In this document: positions 1-9,598 of the stretch, in pieces | Layout of the letters: every line of letters begins with the position of its first letter | How positions within the stretch are numbered: the stretch's first letter is position 1 | The notes under the pieces: model-generated | The model's input: only the letters and a program-made list of their open reading frames with translations | What the model was told of the DNA's origin: nothing | The model's database searches: none | Position numbers and translations under genes: made by a program | NCBI GenBank assembly: GCA_037146775.1 | Contig: JBAWWL010000002.1 | Span: forward strand, 134,554-198,553 | DNA: 64,000 nucleotides | Origin: Candidatus Omnitrophota bacterium | GTDB lineage: Bacteria; Omnitrophota; Gorgyraeia; Duberdicusellales; 4484-171 | Direction: 5' to 3'

Positions 1-1
1 T

Positions 2-295
2 AACGAGGCTTCAAAAATTACTCCTAATCCAGCATACGTTATACACGATCGTGGGATGGCTTATCTGCATAAAGGAGAATTTGATAAAGCTATTTCTGAT
101 CTTAGTAAAGCTATGGAAATGAGTCCAAATGAAAAAGATTTTATAGCTCAATGTTATAATGATCGAGGAAATGCTTATTATGATTCCGAACAGTATGAAA
201 AAAGTTGGCAAGATGTACAAAAAGCAATAGAATTAGGTTATAAAGTTCATCCGGGATTTATCGCAGCGCTAAAGAGTAAAGGTTATTCAAAATAA
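2..295 (+). CDS. TPR-repeat protein, C-terminal fragment (5' end lies outside the window)
   Basis: TPR-like periodicity (P.Y..RG.AY...G.FDKAI, AYYDSEQYEKSWQDVQKAIELGY). The reading frame is open back to the window edge. Confidence 0.5.
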   Translation, partial: NEASKITPNPAYVIHDRGMAYLHKGEFDKAISDLSKAMEMSPNEKDFIAQCYNDRGNAYYDSEQYEKSWQDVQKAIELGYKVHPGFIAALKSKGYSK

Positions 296-427
296 TTCAA
301 CTTTTTATAAACAATTATTCAGATAATTTTCCGCCGAAGACAATCGGATAAAACAGACCCCCCTTCGCTAAAGCTTCGGAGGGCAGGTACCCTTTGGCGA
401 GGGGCAAGCTTCTATACCCCAAACATC

Positions 428-456
428 TTGCTATAACGCCACATAAGCAATATAAT
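428..456 (+). promoter_or_regulatory. sigma70-like promoter TTGCTA-17-TATAAT upstream of the beta-CA gene
   Basis: Conserved upstream box ccccaaacatcTTGcta. Followed by the leader motif agaggtttcttcttggctca. Confidence 0.55.
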
Positions 457-564
457 TCTTTTATATAAATACAGAGAGGTTTCTTCTTGGCTCAAACGTG
501 AGGGGCTCCATATTTTCTAGCGTTGTAAAGTGAGTTATGTATATGTTTTTCCGACAGGAGTAAC

Positions 565-1227
565 ATGAGAAGAGTAAGCGTAGCGTTGATCAACTTGGCG
601 CTGTTACTATCTATTAGTGCTGGTGCCACGTTTGCCCAAGAAGGCTTGGCCGTTAGTGGTGAGGATGCCCGGCAGAAATTGTTCGATGGCAACAAACGGT
701 ATGTTGATGCGAAACTATCGCGTCCAAACCAGACAGCTCAACGCCGTACTGAAGTTGCCAAAGGACAGCGTCCCTTTGCGGCTATCTTGAGCTGTTCTGA
801 TTCGCGAGTACCTCCGGAGATTATCTTTGACCAAGGTTTAGGCGATCTATTTGTTATTCGGTTGGCTGGTAACGTTGTGGATGATGCGGTTTTGGGTAGT
901 CTTGAATATGCGGTGGATCACTTGGGAATAAGATACATAATGGTCCTTGGACACGAACGATGTGGCGCTGTGGATGCCACGGTCAAGGGTGGCCAGATCC
1001 AGGGACATATCAGCGGTATTGTGAAAGCCATCGAACCTGCCTTGGAAAAAGTCAAGAACCTGCCTGGCGATGTGTTGGACAACGCCGTCAGGGCCAATGT
1101 TTCTATGGTCGTTCAGCAATTGAAGTCTTCGGGACCGATATTAGAAGAATCGGTCAAAAAAGGTGCTTTGGTTATTGACGGCGCCCGCTATGATCTGGAC
1201 GATGGGAAGGTCACAGCCATCCCTTAG
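565..1227 (+). CDS. beta-class carbonic anhydrase with N-terminal signal peptide
   Basis: CSDSRVPPE (Cys-x-Asp-x-Arg) and HERCGAV (His-x-x-Cys) zinc-ligand motifs of beta-CA. Signal peptide MRRVSVALINLALLLSISAGATFAQ. Confidence 0.85.
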   Translation: MRRVSVALINLALLLSISAGATFAQEGLAVSGEDARQKLFDGNKRYVDAKLSRPNQTAQRRTEVAKGQRPFAAILSCSDSRVPPEIIFDQGLGDLFVIRLAGNVVDDAVLGSLEYAVDHLGIRYIMVLGHERCGAVDATVKGGQIQGHISGIVKAIEPALEKVKNLPGDVLDNAVRANVSMVVQQLKSSGPILEESVKKGALVIDGARYDLDDGKVTAIP

Positions 1228-1303
1228 TTCTTGCAAGACAGATAAATTAAGCGAGCTTACCTTCCGGTAGACAGGGAATTATCTCTCTAAATCCCCAAAT
1301 GTC

Positions 1304-1385
1304 TTGTCATAACGTCATGTTATCTATATAATTCTTTTATATAGATATGTAGAGGTTTTCTCTCGTGGAATATGAGAGAAACCTC
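1304..1385 (+). promoter_or_regulatory. promoter TTGTCA-17-TATAAT plus leader hairpin GAGGTTTTCTCTC/GAGAGAAACCTC
   Basis: Same upstream box ccccaaatgtcTTGtca. 13-bp stem at 1352-1385. Confidence 0.55.
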
Positions 1386-1452
1386 AAATGATTTTTTTCC
1401 TTCGACATATAAAATAACATAAGGCAACTAATGGAAGCGAGGTGAAATTAAA

Positions 1453-1791
1453 ATGAAAAAATTAATACCCTTATTGATCGTAATAATTGCTATCATTTCG
1501 CCAATAAAAACTTTTCCGGACGCAGGAGATCCTTTACCGATTCCAAATATTTCTGCAACGGAAGCAATCAACCTAGCAAACCAATATTTTAAAGTACTTT
1601 TGAGCGATTCTAAAATTAAAGCCGAAGATTGTATATTATTATCTGCAGAGTGGACAAACCATTATCGTGATAGTTACTATGAGGAATGGTCGTGGATAGT
1701 TCGTTTTGTTCACCCAATTCATAATGATGTGAGCTGGACATTTAAGGTAACAAATACAAGGAAAGTAATAACGATTGAACATACTGTATAA
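1453..1791 (+). CDS. small secreted hypothetical protein
   Basis: ORF with RBS-like GGAAGCGAGGTG upstream and an N-terminal hydrophobic signal sequence. No recognisable domain. Confidence 0.5.
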   Translation: MKKLIPLLIVIIAIISPIKTFPDAGDPLPIPNISATEAINLANQYFKVLLSDSKIKAEDCILLSAEWTNHYRDSYYEEWSWIVRFVHPIHNDVSWTFKVTNTRKVITIEHTV

Positions 1792-1888
1792 GTTTGCTAA
1801 TAATGTTATTATCGAACCCATTCTTGTATTTCATTTTTGCGCAAAAATTTTGAAAACCGAAGGACAAGAACTAATTAGGTATGTATAA

Positions 1889-2701
1889 ATGCCAAGCGTT
1901 AGAATAAATAATATAGATTGTTATTACGAAATTCACGGCTCTGGTCACCCCCTTGTTCTTATTGCCGGTCTTGCCAGCGATAGCCAGAGTTGGCAGCCAA
2001 TAATTGGCGGTTTAGAAAAATATTTTAAAGTAGTTGTTTTTGATAATCGCGGTATCGGCAGAACGCTATATCCTCAGGAAAACTTTCAGATTTCTGCATT
2101 AGCCCTTGATACGGTTTGTTTACTTGATGAATTGGCGATTGAGAAGGCAGACATTTTGGGTCATTCTATGGGCGGATACATTGCACAAGAAATAGCGATA
2201 GAATATCCGGAAAGAGTAAATAAATTGATTCTGGCAAGTACCTGCGCCGCCACCTCACAAAAGAACAAGTCTATATTTGACGATTTGCTTAAGATTTTAG
2301 AGAACGGGAAAAACTACGAATTATTCATCCGAAAATTCCTGAACTTGATTTTTACTCCTGAATACCTTAGCAACAAAGAAAATATCGAATCGGCCGTAAG
2401 GGCTGCCTTAGATTACCCTTTCCCGGTGACTCTGGAGGGGCTCAGACTACAGGTGGAGGCTTTGAACAATTTTAGTTCGCAAGACAGGTTACACAAGATA
2501 AAGTCAGCAACTTTATTGATGTCAGGTAGAAAAGATATTTTAGTTACCCCCGAAGAGGCTTTAGTTTTGGCAGATAAGATACCTTTCGTCAAAACTCTGT
2601 ATCTGGAAAATGCGGCTCATTCCTTTCAGGTTGAGCAGCCGGACTTTTTCGTTGATCACACGCTTACGTTTTTGTTGCAAAGAAAGATTCAGGGGGTATA
2701 G
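1889..2701 (+). CDS. alpha/beta-hydrolase fold protein
   Basis: GHSMGG nucleophile elbow (GxSxG). The N-terminal HG..HPLVLIAG oxyanion region resembles the AB_hydrolase_1 family. Confidence 0.75.
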   Translation: MPSVRINNIDCYYEIHGSGHPLVLIAGLASDSQSWQPIIGGLEKYFKVVVFDNRGIGRTLYPQENFQISALALDTVCLLDELAIEKADILGHSMGGYIAQEIAIEYPERVNKLILASTCAATSQKNKSIFDDLLKILENGKNYELFIRKFLNLIFTPEYLSNKENIESAVRAALDYPFPVTLEGLRLQVEALNNFSSQDRLHKIKSATLLMSGRKDILVTPEEALVLADKIPFVKTLYLENAAHSFQVEQPDFFVDHTLTFLLQRKIQGV

Positions 2702-2736
2702 CGTATAATTACCCTAATAGAAATAAGGAGGTAGAA

Positions 2737-4599
2737 ATGTTTAAGGGTTTTATTGTCATATTTTTCCTGGCAAGTTGTCTTTTTGGAACAGCGTTATTCG
2801 CTGATACTATAAATACCACCGTTACCATGGAGGCAACAAACATTACGCCACCAAACCCTACAGTGGCAAGCCAGTTTACAATACGCGGCCGCATCACCAA
2901 TACTGGCGAAACAGATATACCTGAAGGCAGCCAGTTTGGTTATGGCTATGATTATACTAATACTTCCGGACGTGGTTTGAGCGGGAGATCGGGGGCCAGC
3001 ACCACGCATGCTTTGCGTAGGGGCGAGTCCTTTGAAGTTGAGTTCCGTGGCACGATTATGGAACCCGGCGATTGTATCCTACGCGTGCAAGAATTAACCA
3101 TAAAGGACCGTAACCAGAGTAACGTTATTAATCCTGTCCCGAACCCTTTAAGATATGGATTTCGGGTTGAGCCAGCGCCTGTAGATTTATCTATAGATCA
3201 GGTTAATGTAAATCCAGCCCATCCTCAGTCAGGCGATAGGGTGGAAATAAACGGATTTATAAAAAATGACAGTGCTATTGGCGTGTCTAATGTTGTAGGC
3301 CGCATGGAACTTTTAAAGGATAACCAGCGGGTCAGTAATTGGCCTGACACTCAGCCTTCAAATATAGCAGCAAGAGGTAGCTTGAGGGTGATGAATTCAT
3401 ACCCCAACATTGAAGCAGGCAATTACACGGTCAGGCTTACCGCAGATCCTGCCAATTCTCTTAACGATACAAATAGAAACAACAATGTGAAGGAAATAAG
3501 CTTTAACATACAGGCAGTACAGCCGCGTGCAGGTTCAGCTACCATGGAGGCAACAAACATTACGCCACCAAATCCTACAGTGGCAAGCCAGTTTACAATA
3601 CGCGGCCGCATCACCAATACTGGCGAAACAGATATACCTGAAGGCAGCCAGTTTGGTTATGGCTATGATTATACTAATACTTCCGGACGTGGTTTGAGCG
3701 GGAGATCGGGGGCCAGCACCACGCATGCTTTGCGTAGGGGCGAGTCCTTTGAAGTTGAGTTCCGTGGCACGATTATGGAACCCGGCGATTGTATCCTACG
3801 CGTGCAAGAATTAACCATAAAGGACCGTAACCAGAGTAACGTTATTAATCCTGTCCCGAACCCTTTAAGATATGGATTTCGGGTTGAGCCAGCGCCTGTA
3901 GATTTATCTATAGATCAGGTTAATGTAAATCCAGCCCATCCTCAGTCAGGCGATAGGGTGGAAATAAACGGATTTATAAAAAATGACAGTGCTATTGGCG
4001 TGTCTAATGTTGTAGGCCGCATGGAACTTTTAAAGGATAACCAGCGGGTCAGTAATTGGCCTGACACTCAGCCTTCAAATATAGCAGCAAGAGGTAGCTT
4101 GAGGGTGATGAATTCATACCCCAACATTGAAGCAGGCAATTACACGGTCAGGCTTACCGCAGATCCTGCCAATTCTCTTAACGATACAAATAGAAACAAC
4201 AATGTGAAGGAAATAAGCTTTAACATACAGGCAGTACAGCCGTCAGATCTTGTAGTAAAAACCATTAACATTGAGGCTAATACAGTTAAATATGGTGTTG
4301 GTAGTTGGGTTACTTTTACGGTAAAGAACGAAGGCCAAGGCCCGGTGGTTGGCTCGATATTTCTACAAAAAGAAGTAACTAAAGACGGAGCTATGCTCGC
4401 TAAAAGCGGCTATTTTGAGATTCAAGGAGGGCTTGCTCCAGGTGAAGAAAAGGCACATCGTTTCAAGGTCGGGCACGATAGCACTTGGTCTGTAGGTAAT
4501 TATACTTTGCGGGTGGTTGCTGATTATCGCAACCAAGTCAGAGAGGCTTCAGAGAATAACAATTTATCAGAGGCTATTCAGTTTAGCGTGGTAAAGTAG
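2737..4599 (+). CDS. secreted multi-domain CARDB-like (cell-adhesion-related) protein with internal tandem duplication
   Basis: Signal peptide. Five roughly 115-aa modules ending in CARDB-like D..N...E.NNN motifs (RLTADPANSLNDTNRNNN, VVADYRNQVREASENNN). Residues of a 239-aa unit are repeated exactly. Confidence 0.6.
   Translation: MFKGFIVIFFLASCLFGTALFADTINTTVTMEATNITPPNPTVASQFTIRGRITNTGETDIPEGSQFGYGYDYTNTSGRGLSGRSGASTTHALRRGESFEVEFRGTIMEPGDCILRVQELTIKDRNQSNVINPVPNPLRYGFRVEPAPVDLSIDQVNVNPAHPQSGDRVEINGFIKNDSAIGVSNVVGRMELLKDNQRVSNWPDTQPSNIAARGSLRVMNSYPNIEAGNYTVRLTADPANSLNDTNRNNNVKEISFNIQAVQPRAGSATMEATNITPPNPTVASQFTIRGRITNTGETDIPEGSQFGYGYDYTNTSGRGLSGRSGASTTHALRRGESFEVEFRGTIMEPGDCILRVQELTIKDRNQSNVINPVPNPLRYGFRVEPAPVDLSIDQVNVNPAHPQSGDRVEINGFIKNDSAIGVSNVVGRMELLKDNQRVSNWPDTQPSNIAARGSLRVMNSYPNIEAGNYTVRLTADPANSLNDTNRNNNVKEISFNIQAVQPSDLVVKTINIEANTVKYGVGSWVTFTVKNEGQGPVVGSIFLQKEVTKDGAMLAKSGYFEIQGGLAPGEEKAHRFKVGHDSTWSVGNYTLRVVADYRNQVREASENNNLSEAIQFSVVK
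2824..4242 (+). repeat. near-perfect tandem duplication (2 x 717 bp) inside the CARDB-like CDS
   Basis: 2824-3525 is identical to 3541-4242 except for one C/T difference (ccaaaCccta versus ccaaaTccta). A 15-bp junction sits at 3526-3540. Confidence 0.95.
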
Positions 4600-4786
4600 G
4601 TTAAGGAGATGGTCTCCACATAATGAAGAGATAGCTTTTAAGAAAAGAAAGAAAAAATAGATCGGTTATAAAATTGCAGCCATCACTGGTGGCTGTGCCT
4701 ACCCGGAAGCAACATCAGAATAGCAAGAAATTAACCAAAAAGCATTGACTACGTTAGTCTATATTGCTAAAATTGAAATTAATAAG

Positions 4787-6580
4787 ATGCAAAATAGCTT
4801 AAAAGTAGGCTTCAACAGAAATGGGGCTATATTTATTTTAAGCCTCCTTTCGTTCTTGTACGTAATTCCTGCTTATTCGGCAAAAGTATTTTGTTTAGCG
4901 CAACTTTTACCTTCAACCAATAATTATTATAACTCTTCAGTGCCTACGGTTGATCCGGCAATACCAGCCAATTCTTTTAGTCTGTCTAAACGTTGGAATG
5001 ATCTTTTCGATTTTTCTTCTTACGGAGAATACGGAAAGGAACGCTCTGGCCGAATAAGCGGTGCGTTCAGCCAGGAGATCGATTGGCAGAATATTGGCGG
5101 CAATCACACCAAGTCATTTTTAACGCAAGGCATGGATTACCTTAGTGAGTTACATGTTAACATTCAGGAAAAGCTCTGGTCGGATTATAATTTTGAGAGC
5201 CGGTTTTTCATAAGAAAAACCGATAATAAATATATAGATCCGAGAAGAGACGCCCGGCTTAAGGAGTTTAACTTAAGAGTCCTTAATTCCAATAGCCTTT
5301 ATGAGCTGGGAAATATCTATGCGGATTTTAGCCAATTTGTCTTGGGTTCAAGTCTTGAAGGCTACAATATTCAAATAGCGCCGAATAGTTTTCAAAAATA
5401 TTATGTAATCGCGGCCCGCGAACACCCGGCAGACGAATCCGCCGCAAAATTTCAAAGGAATTTTTTTGGCGGTAAGGCAGATTTTTTTCTTTTTAAAGAC
5501 TCGAATATTTTTTCTAATTTTAGAGTTGGCCTACAAGGGGGCGCAACTCGTGATGATGGCGCTACCTTAGAACATACTATTTATACCCAAGAACTGCGCA
5601 ATCTCGTCGGTAGTATTGACGGTGAAATATCCTTTATAAAAATATTCTCTTTACAGTACGAAATCGCGCGCAGTGGTTATGTTGCGGATTATCTTGCCCA
5701 GAGTAAGAATTATAATTCCGGCACAGCCTTTAGGGTTCAGCCGGCGTTAAATTTTGATAAATTTTCCGTCCGCTACTTATATTACTATGTCCAGCCGGAG
5801 TTTTATACTAATTTCGGTTCCGCTTCTGCGGATAAAAGACAGCAACAAGTTACGGTTGACTACCGTTTTAACGATAAAGCGGATTGCAGTTTTATTGAGA
5901 ATTATTATTATGATCGCCTTGCGGATAGCTTGCGGGACAAAAGAACCGTTAATAACGAAAAATATCTTAATTTTAATTTCCGGCCATTTACCAGCCGCAG
6001 AGATCTTAACCTGCGACCTTACATCAATTATCTTAGCACATATTCCGATGATGACCGGAATTCCTTAAAATCAAAAACAAAAACGGTTGGGTTTTCCGTG
6101 AATGATACTTTAAGTGGGAAGACGACTTACGGCCTAAACTATGAATACCGTGCATTTGAAGACGGCGCTAACGATAAGGCAATGTCAGAATGGTTCCAGC
6201 GCGTAGGTGTCAATTTAGGTAATGAACAGCAGCTTTTAAATAGAAGGTTGTACTACTATGTCGAACCAAGCATGGACATCCGCAGGACTAAAACCGATGA
6301 CGATAAAGATATAAATTTTATCTTGTCTTTTAGTGGCCAATACGACATGTATAATAATCTGATTACGCGTTTTGGCTATAACTTACAGAATACCGACAGT
6401 GCCGTCCCCGATCAGGATTTTGTAAATAACCGTAGTTTCTTTGAATTCGATTTTCTACTTTCTCAAAAAAGATCAACGCATGTTGTGTTCAGGGCTGAAA
6501 GAAACTGGTTTAAATACGATGATAGCGCACAGGATTATAATGAGACAAGAACAATCCTTAAATTCATCACTAATTTTTAA
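4787..6580 (+). CDS. putative outer-membrane beta-barrel protein
   Basis: Signal peptide after the internal Met (MQNSLKVGFNRNGAIFILSLLSFLYVIPAYSA). Y/N/D-rich with alternating hydrophobicity. C-terminal ...KFITNF ends in Phe, typical of OMP barrels. The ORF track begins at 4745. Confidence 0.5.
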   Translation: MQNSLKVGFNRNGAIFILSLLSFLYVIPAYSAKVFCLAQLLPSTNNYYNSSVPTVDPAIPANSFSLSKRWNDLFDFSSYGEYGKERSGRISGAFSQEIDWQNIGGNHTKSFLTQGMDYLSELHVNIQEKLWSDYNFESRFFIRKTDNKYIDPRRDARLKEFNLRVLNSNSLYELGNIYADFSQFVLGSSLEGYNIQIAPNSFQKYYVIAAREHPADESAAKFQRNFFGGKADFFLFKDSNIFSNFRVGLQGGATRDDGATLEHTIYTQELRNLVGSIDGEISFIKIFSLQYEIARSGYVADYLAQSKNYNSGTAFRVQPALNFDKFSVRYLYYYVQPEFYTNFGSASADKRQQQVTVDYRFNDKADCSFIENYYYDRLADSLRDKRTVNNEKYLNFNFRPFTSRRDLNLRPYINYLSTYSDDDRNSLKSKTKTVGFSVNDTLSGKTTYGLNYEYRAFEDGANDKAMSEWFQRVGVNLGNEQQLLNRRLYYYVEPSMDIRRTKTDDDKDINFILSFSGQYDMYNNLITRFGYNLQNTDSAVPDQDFVNNRSFFEFDFLLSQKRSTHVVFRAERNWFKYDDSAQDYNETRTILKFITNF

Positions 6581-7049
6581 GAAGACAAGTTTCTGTAGAA
6601 AGATTTTTTATACTTTACTGCTTTATGCCTTTATGTTTATTGTGGGCTGTGCGAATGTTAATTCTCAAGAGACACAGTCAGGCAGTTATGCCGAAAATCC
6701 TTATGCGTTGGCAGATAGCTTACTGACGAAGGTATTTTCTGTTTATCAGAATTATACGCGCGATGGATTTGAACGGCTTGTTTCGCAGGATTTTAACCCG
6801 ATAAGAAGCGAATTTATTGATACCGTGGAAAAAAGTTTTTATGCAGGTAATATTTTGGAAATGCATTGTTTTACAGATAAAGCCCTATTGAGTAGCGATA
6901 AGCTCTCTGTAAACTTTAAATGGCAGAAAAAAATGCTTCCTTACGGCACAAAAGAGGTTGCTCTCCTAACGGGTGCTGCAAATTTTGTATTTAAGCATGA
7001 AAACGGCAGTTGGCGTATTTATCAAGTGAGCGGCGACAGTCCATTTTAG
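6441..7049 (+). CDS. putative lipoprotein (start uncertain; likely downstream of 6580)
   Basis: Lipobox-like LLYAFMFIVGC|ANV. The first roughly 45 codons overlap the preceding gene, so the true start is probably internal or non-canonical. Confidence 0.45.
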   Translation: MNSIFYFLKKDQRMLCSGLKETGLNTMIAHRIIMRQEQSLNSSLIFKKTSFCRKIFYTLLLYAFMFIVGCANVNSQETQSGSYAENPYALADSLLTKVFSVYQNYTRDGFERLVSQDFNPIRSEFIDTVEKSFYAGNILEMHCFTDKALLSSDKLSVNFKWQKKMLPYGTKEVALLTGAANFVFKHENGSWRIYQVSGDSPF

Positions 7050-7061
7050 CAAGGAAAGCGA

Positions 7062-8372
7062 ATGAAAAAGTTAAAACTAATTTTTATTATTGGAATTTTT
7101 TCGGCCTTACCGGTATGTTTTTCTCAAGCAGTTCTTGGCGCAGAGACTTCCAATAGCTATGATTACAGGGTTCTTAATCCCCGTTTAAATAGTTATTCTT
7201 TGGCGTCAGCAAGCGGAGAGTTTACCGTTACACAAGACGATCTAAACCAAGGCGTTTTAGAATTTACCGGCCGCCTGAATACTTTGGATAGAATTGATAA
7301 GTTGCTGATTTCCGAAGATGGAGGAATTACATGGAGAGAGCTTAATCTTAACCAGAATATTTCTTATTCTTTTGTCCCTTTACCGGATAAACTATGCCAA
7401 CTAGTTTTAAAGATTAAAACTGTGGATATTCAAGAGGTAGAATTGAAGGTTTTCCCTAATATAAACGGCATTATCTATCGCAACATAGATTATACTAAGT
7501 TAGTGGCAGATACTATCAAAAAAATTGCCGAGGCTTATGAATCAAGAAACTTAAGCATTTTTAACGAATATGTTTCTAGGGATTACCTGGGTAATAAAAC
7601 ACTTCTTTTGGAAGGATTACGCTTTGATTTTGATATGTTTATGGATATTAGTTTAACGATATATATAAATCGGATTGTAAAGATAGGCAATCTATATTCT
7701 ACAGAAATTACCTGGGATAAAATTCAAGTTCCTAGAAAAACCGGCCAACAGCAGAATACCAGCGGTAACACCACGATAGTATTGGCAATGGAAGACGGAA
7801 GGATGAAGATTAAGAATTTAAGGGGTAACCTTATTTGGGCCACGCTTTCGGTGGAAATTGCTCAGGCCAGCGGCTTAAGTCAAAGCGTAGTCGATCAGAT
7901 AAGAGTTGCGTATAACGAACGCAACCCCGTACAGCCGGGCGCAGGGAAAACTGAAGTGAGTGGAGGAGTTACTGCAACAAATGTACAGTCGGGAAATCTT
8001 ACTTTGACGTGTGGTACCGGTTATTCACAAGGATATAAATTTTCTAATAAACAAACCATAACTGAATCTGCAACAATGCCTTTTACTGCTGACTTTATGC
8101 AGGATCACTTACTTGGTACTTTGTTGTATGCTAAATCCGGAAGTGATGGTATATATTCTTTTGGCGCCTGCAGCCTAGACAGTGTTGCTGAAGCGCCGGC
8201 TTCTGGATATGCTAGTTCAGCAACCGCCGTGCAAGGCTATACTTACGCTATCAAAACTTCAGATAATAATTACGCTCTTATACATATAAGCAGCTTAGGG
8301 GCAACGCCTGTTCCTTTTTCAAGTAGCTTTTCTTACAAATACCGCTCCGACGGTTCAAGAAGTTTCAAATAA
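7062..8372 (+). CDS. secreted hypothetical protein
   Basis: Signal peptide MKKLKLIFIIGIFSALPVCFSQA. S/T/G-rich C-terminal half. No recognised domain. Confidence 0.5.
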   Translation: MKKLKLIFIIGIFSALPVCFSQAVLGAETSNSYDYRVLNPRLNSYSLASASGEFTVTQDDLNQGVLEFTGRLNTLDRIDKLLISEDGGITWRELNLNQNISYSFVPLPDKLCQLVLKIKTVDIQEVELKVFPNINGIIYRNIDYTKLVADTIKKIAEAYESRNLSIFNEYVSRDYLGNKTLLLEGLRFDFDMFMDISLTIYINRIVKIGNLYSTEITWDKIQVPRKTGQQQNTSGNTTIVLAMEDGRMKIKNLRGNLIWATLSVEIAQASGLSQSVVDQIRVAYNERNPVQPGAGKTEVSGGVTATNVQSGNLTLTCGTGYSQGYKFSNKQTITESATMPFTADFMQDHLLGTLLYAKSGSDGIYSFGACSLDSVAEAPASGYASSATAVQGYTYAIKTSDNNYALIHISSLGATPVPFSSSFSYKYRSDGSRSFK

Positions 8373-8508
8373 AGTTACAGAATAGATATTCAGATATCTC
8401 GAGACATGGGTGTTGTCGGGTTATTAAAAAACGATTGATTTAACTTGCCATATATCCAGATACAATATTTACGCCACGCGAGTTTTTAGTTAGGAGTATA
8501 ATAGAAAC

Positions 8509-9423
8509 ATGGTTGATCAAAAGCATAGAGAAAATGGACTACAGATAAGGGCTGTTCATATCTTGAAGATCCTTTCAATTGTCATATTTGTTATTACCTT
8601 GGCCGCCGGTATCATCTCGGATTCCATGGCGCTCCTTTTGGATGCTTCTACCGAATTTATAATAGTATTCATGTCATTTTTTATCCATTCCAACATTCGG
8701 AAGATAGAAAAACCGCCGGACCAATTTTTCCATTTCGGATACGATAAACTTGAACCCTTTACCGTGGTGATGCAGGGTACCATGATAATGCTTTCCTGTG
8801 TTGTCGCTTCGTATTTCGCCATCCAGGATATTGTACACGCAGAAAATATAGACCGTTACGACATCCCGATATATGCCTCCGTAATTTCAGGTCTTATTGC
8901 GTTGTTCACCGCATTTTACATTAACAAGGTATCTTCCAGGACGCGCTCGCACATGCTAAAAACTTCCGCCCTCCATTGTTTCGTCGACAGCGTACTCTCT
9001 TTTGGCATGGCAGCAGGATTTACTCTCGGCCTATATATGCACTGGAGGGGTTACACTCATTTAACTCCCTACGTAGATCCCGTTATGACGTTAATATTAG
9101 CGGTTATGCTCGTATGGACCCCTGTGAAACTGATCAGAAGCGGCATGCATCAACTTCTCGATGCTGTGCCCGCAAAGGATGTCCGTGATTCGATAGAAAA
9201 GATAGCCGAAAGGCACAAGGCCAAAGCGTTTGGCATCCACAGTATACGCATGAGGAAAGCGGGTGAGCGGGTGTTCCTTTATATCTGTTTCGAGATCCAT
9301 GGCCATACGACGATGAACCAGGCGCAGGAGTTCGTAAGAGCTTTTGAAGATGATATCTCAAAGAATTTTCCAAAATATGATGTCATCGTATATTTTTACC
9401 CGGCGGCCGGCCGTCCTCAATAA
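8509..9423 (+). CDS. cation diffusion facilitator (CDF) family metal efflux transporter
   Basis: SDSMALLLDA and HFGYDKLEP motifs of CDF transmembrane helices II/V. Six predicted TM helices plus a C-terminal cytoplasmic domain. Confidence 0.75.
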   Translation: MVDQKHRENGLQIRAVHILKILSIVIFVITLAAGIISDSMALLLDASTEFIIVFMSFFIHSNIRKIEKPPDQFFHFGYDKLEPFTVVMQGTMIMLSCVVASYFAIQDIVHAENIDRYDIPIYASVISGLIALFTAFYINKVSSRTRSHMLKTSALHCFVDSVLSFGMAAGFTLGLYMHWRGYTHLTPYVDPVMTLILAVMLVWTPVKLIRSGMHQLLDAVPAKDVRDSIEKIAERHKAKAFGIHSIRMRKAGERVFLYICFEIHGHTTMNQAQEFVRAFEDDISKNFPKYDVIVYFYPAAGRPQ

Positions 9424-9598
9424 ACCTTTCTAAGATCCAAAATTCGTTTGTTTCTATCAATAGTTGGTTTATAATTGATACTTGTGTATGGTAGAGAGGT
9501 TTTCTCTCGGTTTAACGATGAAAGATCTCAAAGTATTTTTTAAATTCGGAGTTGGCTCTATGCTAAGTAGTTCCGATTATAAAAGAGGAGGTAGGTAA

